DNA from: Verrucomicrobiaceae bacterium
GTDB taxonomy: Bacteria > Verrucomicrobiota > Verrucomicrobiia > Verrucomicrobiales > Akkermansiaceae
DNA: 64,000 nucleotides
Reading direction: 5' to 3'
Assembly (NCBI GenBank): GCA_051252135.1
Contig: JBPOGH010000001.1
Coordinates: forward strand, 625,832-689,831
The translations under genes were made by a program, and so were the position numbers. Shown here one piece after another: positions 27,771 to 37,584 of the stretch. Under the pieces are notes generated by a model that was not told where the DNA came from, did no database searches, and saw nothing but the letters and a program-made list of their open reading frames with translations. Within the stretch, counting starts at the first letter, position 1, and each line of letters opens with the position of its first letter.

Positions 27771-29957
27771 CTACTCCATCTTACGAATCCGGTAAAACAC
27801 CTTCGAGTTCTCCGGTGCCGGAGCAATAAAATCATCCACCGCGGTGCCCGATGTCGCCCCAGTCTCAATCGTCGCATTATCGGTGATCTCAAACCAATTT
27901 GAATCTGTCAGATCGAGGGAATATTCCAGAAAATAGGTTCCCGGAGCCCCCTTCCAATCCACCTCCACATTGCCATTCGATAGCACCCTGACCTGGGTGA
28001 TTTCCAGCGCTTCCGGCTCAGGTGCCAAAAGTGCCTCAACATCCGCCGCATCAAGCGCCCGATTATAAATTCGGATATCATCCATCTTCCCGGTCAATGA
28101 TCGCCCCGCAATCGATCTCGACGCTCCGATACGGACATTCACATCCGTACTCGAATTAATCTCCGTTCCTCCCACCACCGAAAGCGGATCCAAAACGCCA
28201 TCAACATAGAAGACGACTTCGCCCACCGTCGTTCCCACCGTGGGATCAAAAACCATCACGCAATGATGCCAGGTGTCATCGGCAATAAGCGCACTGCCAT
28301 TGCTTCCGGAACCCGCCACCTCGGTCCGGATCACCCCCGATGAATTTCCATTCACCCGCGTATCAAACCGGTTTCCCGTTGCCGTCCCCCCCCAGGAAAC
28401 CAGCGTCGCATTGTTGTTTGGCTGCGTTGCCGGCCCCTTGAACCAAAAGGCGATTGTCCGGGCGTTCCCTCCGCCGATTCCACTGTAGTTCAAAATATCC
28501 ACCCAGCTGTTCGCTCCATCAAAAACAATCGATGCCGTCGATCCTCCGGGCACCGGTGCCGGATCGGATGTATCAAACACCGGAAACCCAAAAAACGTCC
28601 CGATGAACCCCTCACCGGTCTCGGAAATAAGTGAAGTCCCGCTCGTTTCACCTTCCGCTTCACCCACCTTCCAGTGGGCGATCAGACTCGGATCATCCAG
28701 CTCAAGCGCTGTCACGGTCACCATCGAGCTAACAGAACCTACCGAGTTCGTCGCAGTCAGCGTATACGTGGTTGTCTCGGCCAAAAGCACCGCCACACTT
28801 CCGGATAGCGGATCCACCACTCCCACTCCCTGATCGATCTCAACCGTCGTTCCGTTCGTCACCTCCCACGACAAGGTGATTTCATTTCCGGGGGGAATCT
28901 CTGAAAAATTGGACGTGAAACTATTCACCACCGCAGGCTCATTCACCACCACCGTCAACTCGAGGGATTCCGTCCCCACCGGCCCTGTCCCCTCCAAAGT
29001 GTAGGTCGTCGTCACTGTCGGCGACACCGGGATGCCCCCCTCACAATCAGTCGTCTGCGCCGCTACACTCACCGGTCCCGATCCATCATCCAGGGTCAGA
29101 GAGGTCAAAGCGGGTGAAACCAACCAGGACAAAGCCGCGCTGTCCCCACTGTCCAAATAAGGAACATCGCTCTCGAATGTCACCAAAGTTTCCGCGTCTG
29201 CCAGAAATCCTTTGTAATGGGCCGAAATCCTCGAATCAGCCGTATCACCATCACCGTCCGGATCGTCCAATCGCTTATCAAAAAACGCCACATCATCGAC
29301 AACTCCCACGAAGAACTGACTCGCCAACCCCTTGTGCGCGCCAATCACCCAAGACCCGTTGGCTGGCTCCGCCGTCCGGGTTCCTGCCCCTGCCTCCACC
29401 CCGTTCACATAAAACCTCAAGGTCGGTTCTCCACTGCCGGCCGCGCTCTGATCATAGGTGAGCATCACAAGATCATACCCATCCTCCGTCACCGGAATCC
29501 CCGAGAAGCTCGTCGCTCCTCCAACATAAGTCGTAAACTCCCGTTGCAAATTCACCAGCAAATCACTTCGCCCGGGACCGGAGCTTCCATCCTGATTGGA
29601 AAAAATGATTCCCTCAAGCACTCCCAAATCTCCGGTCCGCACAACCGCTTCCAGCGTAAAATCCCCCGCCGACGGATCAAACATCAACGGAGTAACCAGT
29701 GCTCCATCCGCATTGAACTGCACCCCTCTCCCCATCGCACTATCCACCCCGATCACCGTCGTTCCTGTCGGCGCGCTAAAATCAATATCAAGCCCGTTGC
29801 CACTCGAATCCACCAGGGTGGTCGCTCCCGCCTCCTCTTCGAAACGGTAGTATGCCAATGGGGAATCCGAGATCACGGCCCCCGAAAAATCAGCCTGCGC
29901 GGTGGATACCAGCGCAATGGCCGTTATGGATTGAACTAAGAGAGCTTGTTGTTTCAT
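27771..29957 (-). CDS. Secreted protein with two LamG-like jellyroll domains and Ig-like linkers
   Basis: Signal peptide; PLAYYRFEE...VDSSGNG, FVGVVDDVAFF; LIAHW...WHH...GKMDDIRIYNRAL. Confidence 0.85.
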   Translation of the reverse strand: MKQQALLVQSITAIALVSTAQADFSGAVISDSPLAYYRFEEEAGATTLVDSSGNGLDIDFSAPTGTTVIGVDSAMGRGVQFNADGALVTPLMFDPSAGDFTLEAVVRTGDLGVLEGIIFSNQDGSSGPGRSDLLVNLQREFTTYVGGATSFSGIPVTEDGYDLVMLTYDQSAAGSGEPTLRFYVNGVEAGAGTRTAEPANGSWVIGAHKGLASQFFVGVVDDVAFFDKRLDDPDGDGDTADSRISAHYKGFLADAETLVTFESDVPYLDSGDSAALSWLVSPALTSLTLDDGSGPVSVAAQTTDCEGGIPVSPTVTTTYTLEGTGPVGTESLELTVVVNEPAVVNSFTSNFSEIPPGNEITLSWEVTNGTTVEIDQGVGVVDPLSGSVAVLLAETTTYTLTATNSVGSVSSMVTVTALELDDPSLIAHWKVGEAEGETSGTSLISETGEGFIGTFFGFPVFDTSDPAPVPGGSTASIVFDGANSWVDILNYSGIGGGNARTIAFWFKGPATQPNNNATLVSWGGTATGNRFDTRVNGNSSGVIRTEVAGSGSNGSALIADDTWHHCVMVFDPTVGTTVGEVVFYVDGVLDPLSVVGGTEINSSTDVNVRIGASRSIAGRSLTGKMDDIRIYNRALDAADVEALLAPEPEALEITQVRVLSNGNVEVDWKGAPGTYFLEYSLDLTDSNWFEITDNATIETGATSGTAVDDFIAPAPENSKVFYRIRKME

Positions 29958-29971
29958 GGTTGGTTTCTGGG

Positions 29972-32900
29972 TTATTGTTGAATGATTCTCACGCGTATGA
30001 ATTGCTGGCTTTCCGCCGAAATTTCCAGCTCACTCCGGTAGGTGAGCAGGTCGGTTCCATCTCCCTGATTCTCCGAATTGGTCAGGCTGGCCTCCGGCAG
30101 CCAATTCTCAAGATCAGTCGATATCTCCACCACCACCTGAAGGTCCGGCGATTTCTGCAGTCGCGGAAACGTCACAAAAACCCTCCCCCCTTCGGTCTTC
30201 ACCGTTGCCACCTCCGCTGAACTCTTCTCCTTCGGATCGAGCCCAAAGGCATACTTCAAAAGATTCTTCATCCCATCACCACTCGCATCCCCATCCGGTC
30301 CGCTGACGAGGGGATTCGCCAATTCGTTGGCCGTGAAATACTGCCGGCTCCAGGAAGCATAAACACTGCTGTGAAGGGCTGGATTCAACACCCCGGGAGA
30401 ACCACCCGCATCACAACTCAACATCCACTGATCCTCTTCATCCCACTTCGCCCAATCCACCCCGTCGTCGGCGATCTCAATCGTGTATCCCTGATTCAAG
30501 GCCGGAGAAAACCAACTGCCCGAGTATTCAAACGAAAGAATATTCTCACCCGCCGCATCTCGCAGCGTAAGCTGTTCACCCCCGTTGTTGAGCGCTCCGG
30601 TAAAGGTGCCCACCACCTTCAACCCCGGAAAGTTCGCCGGATTGGAAACCACCACACCAAGCTCCCCCGGTGCCAACGATCCGCTCAAAACCCCCTCCAC
30701 CCCATCGCTGAAATGCACTCCGGTCAAATCCAAGGCAACATCGCTCACGTTGCGCATCTCGATAAACTCGAACCCCTTCCCTCCCGTCGGCGCAAAGTGA
30801 ATCTCGGTAATCCGCAGTGCTTCTTGGGGCAATGACGGATTGCTCTGCGTATTCAAAACCGACATCGGCAGCGCATCACCATTATAAAGCGTAATCGTCT
30901 CTCCCCGGGTCGAAATCTGCCCCGCATAATCACCCTCCACGTTGAGCCCCTCCCCTCCCCTCGGACTCGCCGACCTCGCCCGAAACGTCGCCACTTTCGG
31001 ACTCAGATACAGACTGCCATTGCCCTCAATAATCGTCCCGGGAAGAAAATCAAATGACACCCCTCCCTCAACTCTCCATCCCGAAAGATCAATCGCCTCG
31101 CTGCCAGAATTCACCAACTCGATAAATTCCTCATCCTGATTTCCCGATTCAGGGCTCCCGTCATAATTTCCAAAGGCCATCTGCGGAGCCTCCACCAATG
31201 GTCCGGGCAAAAGAGCGGAGCTCGTCTGGGCCGTCGGATAGCTCGCCGCATTCGCAGCCAAATGAGTCACTGCCAAATGCCCCTTTCTCGGAGTCAGATA
31301 GTCATCTTCAAGAATCGTAATCGCCTCACTCAGGCTCTGTTGCTGGCCAAACTGCCCCCACTTGCTCCGATCCAATACCGCATCATTCCCCAACGCCGCC
31401 TCCATCACCGCCACCCGGTCATCGATCACGCCGCTCACCAGCAACTCGTCAACCAGGGTCTGAAGACGACGGCGAAACATGTTCTTAAACCGATCGTTCT
31501 CAAGCAACTTATCAATGATTCGATTCCAACTCCGGTTACCGGGCAGCTCTTGAATTCCCACAAACGGATGACTCGGTGAGATGGGGGCGTTCGCATTTCT
31601 CCCTCCCAAAACATAATCCGCCGTCGCCCATATCCCGTCGTGCGCAATGTTATCGTTCGTCATGTAATGACTCCCGAAAGTCAAATCCGTGTCCCACGGA
31701 AGCTGCGTCCACTCCCCGCTCCCTTCACTATCCCGGTATAGATAGTAGTTCTTCGACATATTGTCGTTGTTCTGCGTCAGCACCGTCGCCGCGAGATAGT
31801 TCAGCTGCCGCGGGATATCCACGTTGTCGAAAATAAAGTTCTCCAGCGTCGTCCCACTGCTGGCCATCCCGCTCACGAAGGCACTCAAATCCGCATTCGA
31901 TTCATGCTGCCGGTTCTTCTTCTCCACCCCGCTCGTCCCGCTCGTCCCCGCATTGAACATCTTGTAAAGCGCTCCATCGTCGTCGATCCCCTTCTCCCGG
32001 CGCAACAACCGCTCATCAACCTGCTCCGTAAATGCCCCCACGCTAAAGAACTCCCCGTTCTGCTCAACCCGCGTCAGAAAACACTCCGGTCCCGGCGACC
32101 CCGCCCAATCGTAAACTTCGTAGCTTAAGGGCTGCCGCACGTAAGCCTTATCCGTCCAGGTCGTGTTCAGATTAAACTCCTCCACCCTCACCTCGTCGGG
32201 ATCGACCAAAAAATGATGCCCCGTATTAAAATCAAATTTGTAACTCTTCTTCGCCAGCCCGGCAGAAGAACCACCTCTGATGCGACAGAAGACGTTGTCA
32301 TAAAACTCCCCCAAATAAAGCACCGCCGCCCGCGTCCCTGTCCGGCCATTCGCCCCCGCCGGATTCTCGATAAACCATTCCAGAACCGGCAGGTTGGAAG
32401 CCACCCCGGGATCCAACGCCGCCGTTCCGTAATATTCCGGCGAGTTCAAGGGATCATGAAAATACGGCTCCTTGCTCACCGTCCCCACCTCATCGCGCGC
32501 TTCCACCCGCCAACGAATCATTTCCCCATCTCCCAACCCCGCCAGAGGAACCGCCGCAGAATAAACCCCGTCACCTCCCGCCGCATCCGGAAAAATCCCG
32601 TCATCACGCATCTCCATCGCACTTTCCACTCCGAACCCGATCCGAAAAATCACCTCCACCTCGTCAATCGCGTGCCCCGCTTCCGTCACCGCAGCCGTGA
32701 TGGTCAAATGGGTCCGGGCCAAAAGGTCCGGCCGCTCCGGATTCTCGGTCACCGACCGGACCACCGGCCCCATTTCCGTGAGACCAGCTGAATTTTCCGC
32801 TCCCGGCGTCGGCTGGGTCATGTAAACGCGCGCCTCCTGACTTCCGGCACTCAGCCGGGCGTCCAACTCACAGTCAAAAAGAAAGTCCCCACTGCTCACC

Positions 32901-33877
32901 CCCCGGTTCAATCCATGAACCGCCAGCACATTGGTTCCCGCAACGAGATCCACTTGCGCCAAATCAATCGCGAAAGGCTCCAGCGCAACTGCCAACGTAT
33001 CATTGTGCGCTCCCCCCGCATCCGCTTCGAAATCCCAGATTCCGTCCAACGGCGGATTGGCCGAGGCAAGAACCGGACTCCCGTTGATATAAATCGCAAA
33101 GCCATCGTCGTACCGCGCCCCAAAGCTCAACCCCTCAACCGCAGCAGGATCATCAATCTCAAACGGAATCCGCAGGTAAACCGTCGTATTTACTCGATAA
33201 AGATCGGCCTGGATATCTCCCCCGGCCCCAATGAACTCATCGTAAGGATCCAGATTGGGCGTCGTCGCAAACCCCAAACCCATCTCGGCAGCCGTCCATG
33301 TGCTGTCATCAAAATCAACCACGTTCCAGGGATTCACCCCTCCCGCATCCTCCAAATCATCAGCCGGCACCTTGTAACGCACCCCCTCATCCGGCCCGAC
33401 CAAATTCACCGTCGCTCCACCAGACTCTCCCACTCCATAGGAAATATTGGGATACTGTTGGGGATAGGCCGGCGCATAGGCATGCTCCACCGTTGTTCCG
33501 TCGGCACGAACCAATCCCAAATACTCTCCCGAAGCCCCCAACTTGAAATTCGTGTGCAGCTCCTCTCCCTCCATCGCCCGGTTCTTGCTCGACGCAAACA
33601 CCACCACCTCATCCCCCGGATTGAGAACCAGCGCGGGAAACTCCCACTGGTCGGGAAGATCAGCACGATCCGTCAAATGCCATCCCTCCAGATCAACGGG
33701 CGAACCGGAAACGTTCGTCAGTTCAATCCAATCGGAATCATCCCCGTCCTCGTCCCTCAACCCCGAAGTATTCGACGCCAAAAACTCACTGATGATGACA
33801 TCTCCCGCCGACGCCCCCATCGGAAGACATAGCCCTCCCCCCGCTACGGCAAACTTAAGAAGCTGATTCCAATTCAT
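29972..33877 (-). CDS. Secreted CotH kinase family protein with lamin-tail domains
   Basis: VIISEFLASN..DWIEL (lamin-tail); RIRGGSS, KKSYKFDF, KNYYLY, LPWDTDLTFG (CotH); further EFIEL and ITEIHF lamin-tail domains. Confidence 0.88.
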   Translation of the reverse strand: MNWNQLLKFAVAGGGLCLPMGASAGDVIISEFLASNTSGLRDEDGDDSDWIELTNVSGSPVDLEGWHLTDRADLPDQWEFPALVLNPGDEVVVFASSKNRAMEGEELHTNFKLGASGEYLGLVRADGTTVEHAYAPAYPQQYPNISYGVGESGGATVNLVGPDEGVRYKVPADDLEDAGGVNPWNVVDFDDSTWTAAEMGLGFATTPNLDPYDEFIGAGGDIQADLYRVNTTVYLRIPFEIDDPAAVEGLSFGARYDDGFAIYINGSPVLASANPPLDGIWDFEADAGGAHNDTLAVALEPFAIDLAQVDLVAGTNVLAVHGLNRGVSSGDFLFDCELDARLSAGSQEARVYMTQPTPGAENSAGLTEMGPVVRSVTENPERPDLLARTHLTITAAVTEAGHAIDEVEVIFRIGFGVESAMEMRDDGIFPDAAGGDGVYSAAVPLAGLGDGEMIRWRVEARDEVGTVSKEPYFHDPLNSPEYYGTAALDPGVASNLPVLEWFIENPAGANGRTGTRAAVLYLGEFYDNVFCRIRGGSSAGLAKKSYKFDFNTGHHFLVDPDEVRVEEFNLNTTWTDKAYVRQPLSYEVYDWAGSPGPECFLTRVEQNGEFFSVGAFTEQVDERLLRREKGIDDDGALYKMFNAGTSGTSGVEKKNRQHESNADLSAFVSGMASSGTTLENFIFDNVDIPRQLNYLAATVLTQNNDNMSKNYYLYRDSEGSGEWTQLPWDTDLTFGSHYMTNDNIAHDGIWATADYVLGGRNANAPISPSHPFVGIQELPGNRSWNRIIDKLLENDRFKNMFRRRLQTLVDELLVSGVIDDRVAVMEAALGNDAVLDRSKWGQFGQQQSLSEAITILEDDYLTPRKGHLAVTHLAANAASYPTAQTSSALLPGPLVEAPQMAFGNYDGSPESGNQDEEFIELVNSGSEAIDLSGWRVEGGVSFDFLPGTIIEGNGSLYLSPKVATFRARSASPRGGEGLNVEGDYAGQISTRGETITLYNGDALPMSVLNTQSNPSLPQEALRITEIHFAPTGGKGFEFIEMRNVSDVALDLTGVHFSDGVEGVLSGSLAPGELGVVVSNPANFPGLKVVGTFTGALNNGGEQLTLRDAAGENILSFEYSGSWFSPALNQGYTIEIADDGVDWAKWDEEDQWMLSCDAGGSPGVLNPALHSSVYASWSRQYFTANELANPLVSGPDGDASGDGMKNLLKYAFGLDPKEKSSAEVATVKTEGGRVFVTFPRLQKSPDLQVVVEISTDLENWLPEASLTNSENQGDGTDLLTYRSELEISAESQQFIRVRIIQQ

Positions 33878-34160
33878 TCCTTCTCTAAGAAACAGACAGA
33901 TCCCGTCTCAATTAGCCGCCCAAGTTGTAGAACCAATGAGCGCATCGCCCCCGACAGTGGTCCCGTCTCGAAATCTGGCTCGGAAGGCCAAAAATCGAAC
34001 CCGTGAAATTGGATCAGCGGTCGTTGTAACAAATTCATCGAAAGCGCACTGGTTGAAAATCGAATCGAAAGTCCGACCCTCAATTTAAACCAAATACGCC
34101 CCCGCTCGGTCAATCGTCAACTCAGGCTCATCCTGCCATCATGTGTGACAACCCCTCGGA

Positions 34161-35669
34161 TCACTTCTTAAAATAAGACTCGATCGCGGCTACCAGTCCC
34201 GGAATATCGTGGCTCTTCGCCTCCACAACCTCCGCCCCGGAATTCTCCCCAAAGGTCTTGCTCGTCACCGGACCAATACATCCCGCGACGCATCCTTCCG
34301 GCCAATCAATCCCCATGTCGAAGAAGCTCTCCACCGTCGATCCACTCGTAAAGGTGATCATATCCGCACCTTCCTCGCTGAGCTGCTTTGCCGCACCGGT
34401 CGGATCATCCGTCTCCGGAATCGTCCGGTAAGCCACGCAGGAATCTACAATCGCCCCCTTCTTCGTGAGCTCATCATAAATAACATCTCTCGTCTCCTCC
34501 GCCTTCACCCATAGGAACGTGTGATGCTCCACACTCTCCTTCGTCAGCGCCTCCACCAACCCTTCCGCCACGTATTTCTCCGGCAGCAAATCAACCGTAA
34601 AACGATACTCTCGAATCTTCGCCGCCGTGCTCGGCCCGATCGCCGCAATCCGCGGCCCACCCAGGCTCCGTGCGTCCTCGTAAGTCGCATAGAAGGCATC
34701 AAAGAATTTCTCCACCCCGTTCGGGCTCGTGAAAATCAACCACTCATAGGTGTGTGCATCCGCCACCATCTTCGCAAAGCCCCGCTTATCTTTCGGAGGC
34801 CCTACCTTAATCGTCGGAAGTTCCACCACGTCCGCTCCCAGCTCGGCCAGTTGCTTGCTCAGCTCACCCGCTTGCTCGCGCGTCCGTGTCACCACAATCC
34901 GCTTTCCAAAAAGCGGACGCGTCTCGAACCAATTGATCTTCGATCGCTCGGTCACCACATTGCCCACCACCGCCACCGCCGGTGATTTAAAATTCTGCTC
35001 CTCCGCGATGTCCGCAATCGTCGAAAGCGTCCCTTCAATCGTCCGATGTTTCCCGGTCGTCGCCCAACGCGTCAGCGCAATCGGCGTCGAAGGACTTGCG
35101 CCCCCCTTGATAAACTCCTCACAGATCCCACGCAGCCGCGCCACCCCCATCACAAACACTTTCGTTCCCGGCGTCTTCGCCAGTTGGTCAAAATCAAGCG
35201 AGGTCGCGTCCTTCGTCGGATCCTCATGGCCCGTAAAAATCGTCAACTGCGAGCAATGATCACGATGCGTCACCGGAATCCCCGCGTAGCAAGGTCCCGC
35301 AATCGTCGAGGAAATCCCCGGCACAATCTCAAAGCGCACTCCCGCCTCCGCCAACTCCGCCGCCTCTTCTCCACCGCGACCAAAGATCATCGGATCGCCT
35401 CCCTTGAGACGCGTCACAATTTTTCCCTCCAGTGTCTTCTCCACAATCAAGTCATTGATCTTGTCCTGCGGAATCGCGTGATCCGCCGCGCGCTTCCCGG
35501 CAAAAATCAATTCACACCCCTTCTTGGTCCAACCCACCAGCTCCGCACTCGAAAGCGCGTCGTAAACCAGCACATCGCATTTCTCGATGCACGCCTTCGC
35601 CTTCAGCGTAACCAGCCCAACATCCCCTGGACCTGCGCCCACCAAATAACAGATTCCTTTTTTGCTCAT
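34161..35669 (-). CDS. cobA: Uroporphyrinogen-III C-methyltransferase / uroporphyrinogen-III synthase fusion (CobA-HemD)
   Basis: YLVGAGPGD, RLKGGDPMIFGRGGEE, VPGISS; HemD half FTSPNGV, AIGPST, FTSGSTV. Start MSKKG at 35669. Confidence 0.93.
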   Translation of the reverse strand: MSKKGICYLVGAGPGDVGLVTLKAKACIEKCDVLVYDALSSAELVGWTKKGCELIFAGKRAADHAIPQDKINDLIVEKTLEGKIVTRLKGGDPMIFGRGGEEAAELAEAGVRFEIVPGISSTIAGPCYAGIPVTHRDHCSQLTIFTGHEDPTKDATSLDFDQLAKTPGTKVFVMGVARLRGICEEFIKGGASPSTPIALTRWATTGKHRTIEGTLSTIADIAEEQNFKSPAVAVVGNVVTERSKINWFETRPLFGKRIVVTRTREQAGELSKQLAELGADVVELPTIKVGPPKDKRGFAKMVADAHTYEWLIFTSPNGVEKFFDAFYATYEDARSLGGPRIAAIGPSTAAKIREYRFTVDLLPEKYVAEGLVEALTKESVEHHTFLWVKAEETRDVIYDELTKKGAIVDSCVAYRTIPETDDPTGAAKQLSEEGADMITFTSGSTVESFFDMGIDWPEGCVAGCIGPVTSKTFGENSGAEVVEAKSHDIPGLVAAIESYFKK

Positions 35670-36580
35670 GACAACGCTTGATAAAGTAGTTTCGCGACCT
35701 CTCCCGCTTTCGCGCAAATCTCGGCCCGCTTCGGCTCCCCGCCTGCCTCCGGATAAACCCGCGCCCCCATCGCGATCTCTTCTCCCCGCAACTCACTCCA
35801 CACCCCCACCGGCGTGTGGCACCCCGCATCCAGCAGTTCCAAAAACTCCCGCTCCGCCGTGATCCGGTCCCACGTATCCTCGTGATTCAACGCCGCCACG
35901 ATCGCCCTGCTCTCACAATCGTCGGTCCGGATTTCATACCCCACCGCACCCTGTCCCGCCGCCGGAAAAAACTCTCGCTCCGGCAAACACTGAACCGTCA
36001 GCACATGCCCCTCAACCTCCAGCGTCCCCTCCACCGAGTAACCCAGCCGCCGCAGTCCCGCTTCCGCCAAAATGATTCCATCCATCTCGCCCTCCGCCGC
36101 TTTCAACAAGCGCGTCGGCACATTCCCCCGCAAATCACACACCTCAACCCCCGGTTTCAAATCCACCAGCTGCTTCGCCCGCCTCACCGAACTCGTCCCC
36201 ACCAACGATCCCTCACCCAGCTCGTCCCACTTCTTCTTTCCAATAAAAACATCCCGCACCGGAGCGCGCTCCAGCACCCCCGCCAGCTCGAACTGAATCT
36301 CCAGCACCGTCGGCAAATCCTTCAGCGAGTGCACCGCCACATCGATCTCGTCATTCTCCAGCGCCACCTCCAGCTCCTTGATAAAAACCCCCTTGTCCCA
36401 AATCCCTTCCGCCTTCGCCACTTCGCTCAGCGCCACATCCGTCCGCCGGTCTCCCGTCGTCGTGATCACCACCCGCTCCACTTCCAGTTCGGGAAATGCC
36501 GCCGCCAACGCCGCCTCGGTCATCTCGGCCTGCTTCAATGCGAGAGCGCTCCCGCGTGTTCCAATTCTCAAGGTCTTCAT
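35666..36580 (-). CDS. hemC: Hydroxymethylbilane synthase (porphobilinogen deaminase)
   Basis: IGTRGSALA, KGVFIKELE, VHSLKD, GTSSVRR, LRGNV, PAAGQGA, AGCHTP. Confidence 0.95.
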   Translation of the reverse strand: MKTLRIGTRGSALALKQAEMTEAALAAAFPELEVERVVITTTGDRRTDVALSEVAKAEGIWDKGVFIKELEVALENDEIDVAVHSLKDLPTVLEIQFELAGVLERAPVRDVFIGKKKWDELGEGSLVGTSSVRRAKQLVDLKPGVEVCDLRGNVPTRLLKAAEGEMDGIILAEAGLRRLGYSVEGTLEVEGHVLTVQCLPEREFFPAAGQGAVGYEIRTDDCESRAIVAALNHEDTWDRITAEREFLELLDAGCHTPVGVWSELRGEEIAMGARVYPEAGGEPKRAEICAKAGEVAKLLYQALS

Positions 36581-37584
36581 GTCAATCCAGGCAATGCCGC
36601 CTTCTCAAGTTCCTCATCAATGATCGCTTCGCAAATCTTCAGCTGTTCCTCGCGCCGCGCCCGCGCCTTGTCGGCCATCGTGCGCAGAGTGTCGATGTCA
36701 TAAAGATACACCTCCTCGATCTCCCCCACCTCCGGATCAATATCCCTCGGCACCGCAATATCCACCATGATCAGCGGCCGGAATTTCCGCACCCGTCGCA
36801 CCGCCTCCACATGCCACGGCTTCACCACAAAATGCGGCGCTCCCGTCGACGAAATTAACACATCCACCCCCGCCAACGCCACCTGCCAATCATCAAAGTG
36901 AATCGCCCGCCCCCCCATTTCCTCCGCCAAGGCCTCCGCCTTATCAAATGACCGGTTCGTCACCATCAGCGATGTCGCCCCTCTCGATTGCAATGCCTGC
37001 GCCGTCTGCCGGCTCATCTCCCCCGCCCCCACCACCATCACCGTGCTCCCCTTCAACCTTCCAAAAACCTGCTCCGCCAATTCCACCGCCGCTCCTGCAA
37101 CCGATGTCGCCCCTTCCTGAATTCCCGTATGCGTCCGCACCCGTTTACCCACCCCAAAGGCCCGCTGAAAGAGCTTGTTCAAAATCCCCGAGGTCGTCCC
37201 ACCCGTCAGCGCCACCTGATACGCCTTCTTCACCTGCCCAAAAATCTCCGTCTCCCCCAGCACCATCGAGTTCATCCCGCTCGCCACCCGGCACAGATGC
37301 TTCGCCGCTCCCACCGACTCGTGGTAATAAAAAACGCCCTCACGCGGCCCCTCGAACCCCCGCTTCGCACAAATCCACTCCTCCAGCTTCTCCACCCCGC
37401 CATCCTCGATCACCGCATAATATTCCGTCCGGTTGCAGGTCGAGAGCACCACCCCCTCGGCCACCCCCTCCGCCTTCACCAGCGCCTTCCCTTCCTCCGC
37501 CACCTTGCTTTCGGACAAAGCAAATCGCTCACGCACCTCGACAGGCGCGGTCTCATGATTGAGGCCAAGACAGACGAGCTTCAT
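36577..37584 (-). CDS. hemA: Glutamyl-tRNA reductase
   Basis: GLNHETAPVEVRE, LSTCNRTE, SMVLGETEIFGQVK, GAGEM, DIAVPRDI; start MKLVC at 37584. Confidence 0.95.
   Translation of the reverse strand: MKLVCLGLNHETAPVEVRERFALSESKVAEEGKALVKAEGVAEGVVLSTCNRTEYYAVIEDGGVEKLEEWICAKRGFEGPREGVFYYHESVGAAKHLCRVASGMNSMVLGETEIFGQVKKAYQVALTGGTTSGILNKLFQRAFGVGKRVRTHTGIQEGATSVAGAAVELAEQVFGRLKGSTVMVVGAGEMSRQTAQALQSRGATSLMVTNRSFDKAEALAEEMGGRAIHFDDWQVALAGVDVLISSTGAPHFVVKPWHVEAVRRVRKFRPLIMVDIAVPRDIDPEVGEIEEVYLYDIDTLRTMADKARARREEQLKICEAIIDEELEKAALPGLT

Noticed and set aside
33874..34113. 79-aa ORF upstream of the CotH gene
   Set aside because: No motif or hydrophobic signal; more likely the promoter/leader region.
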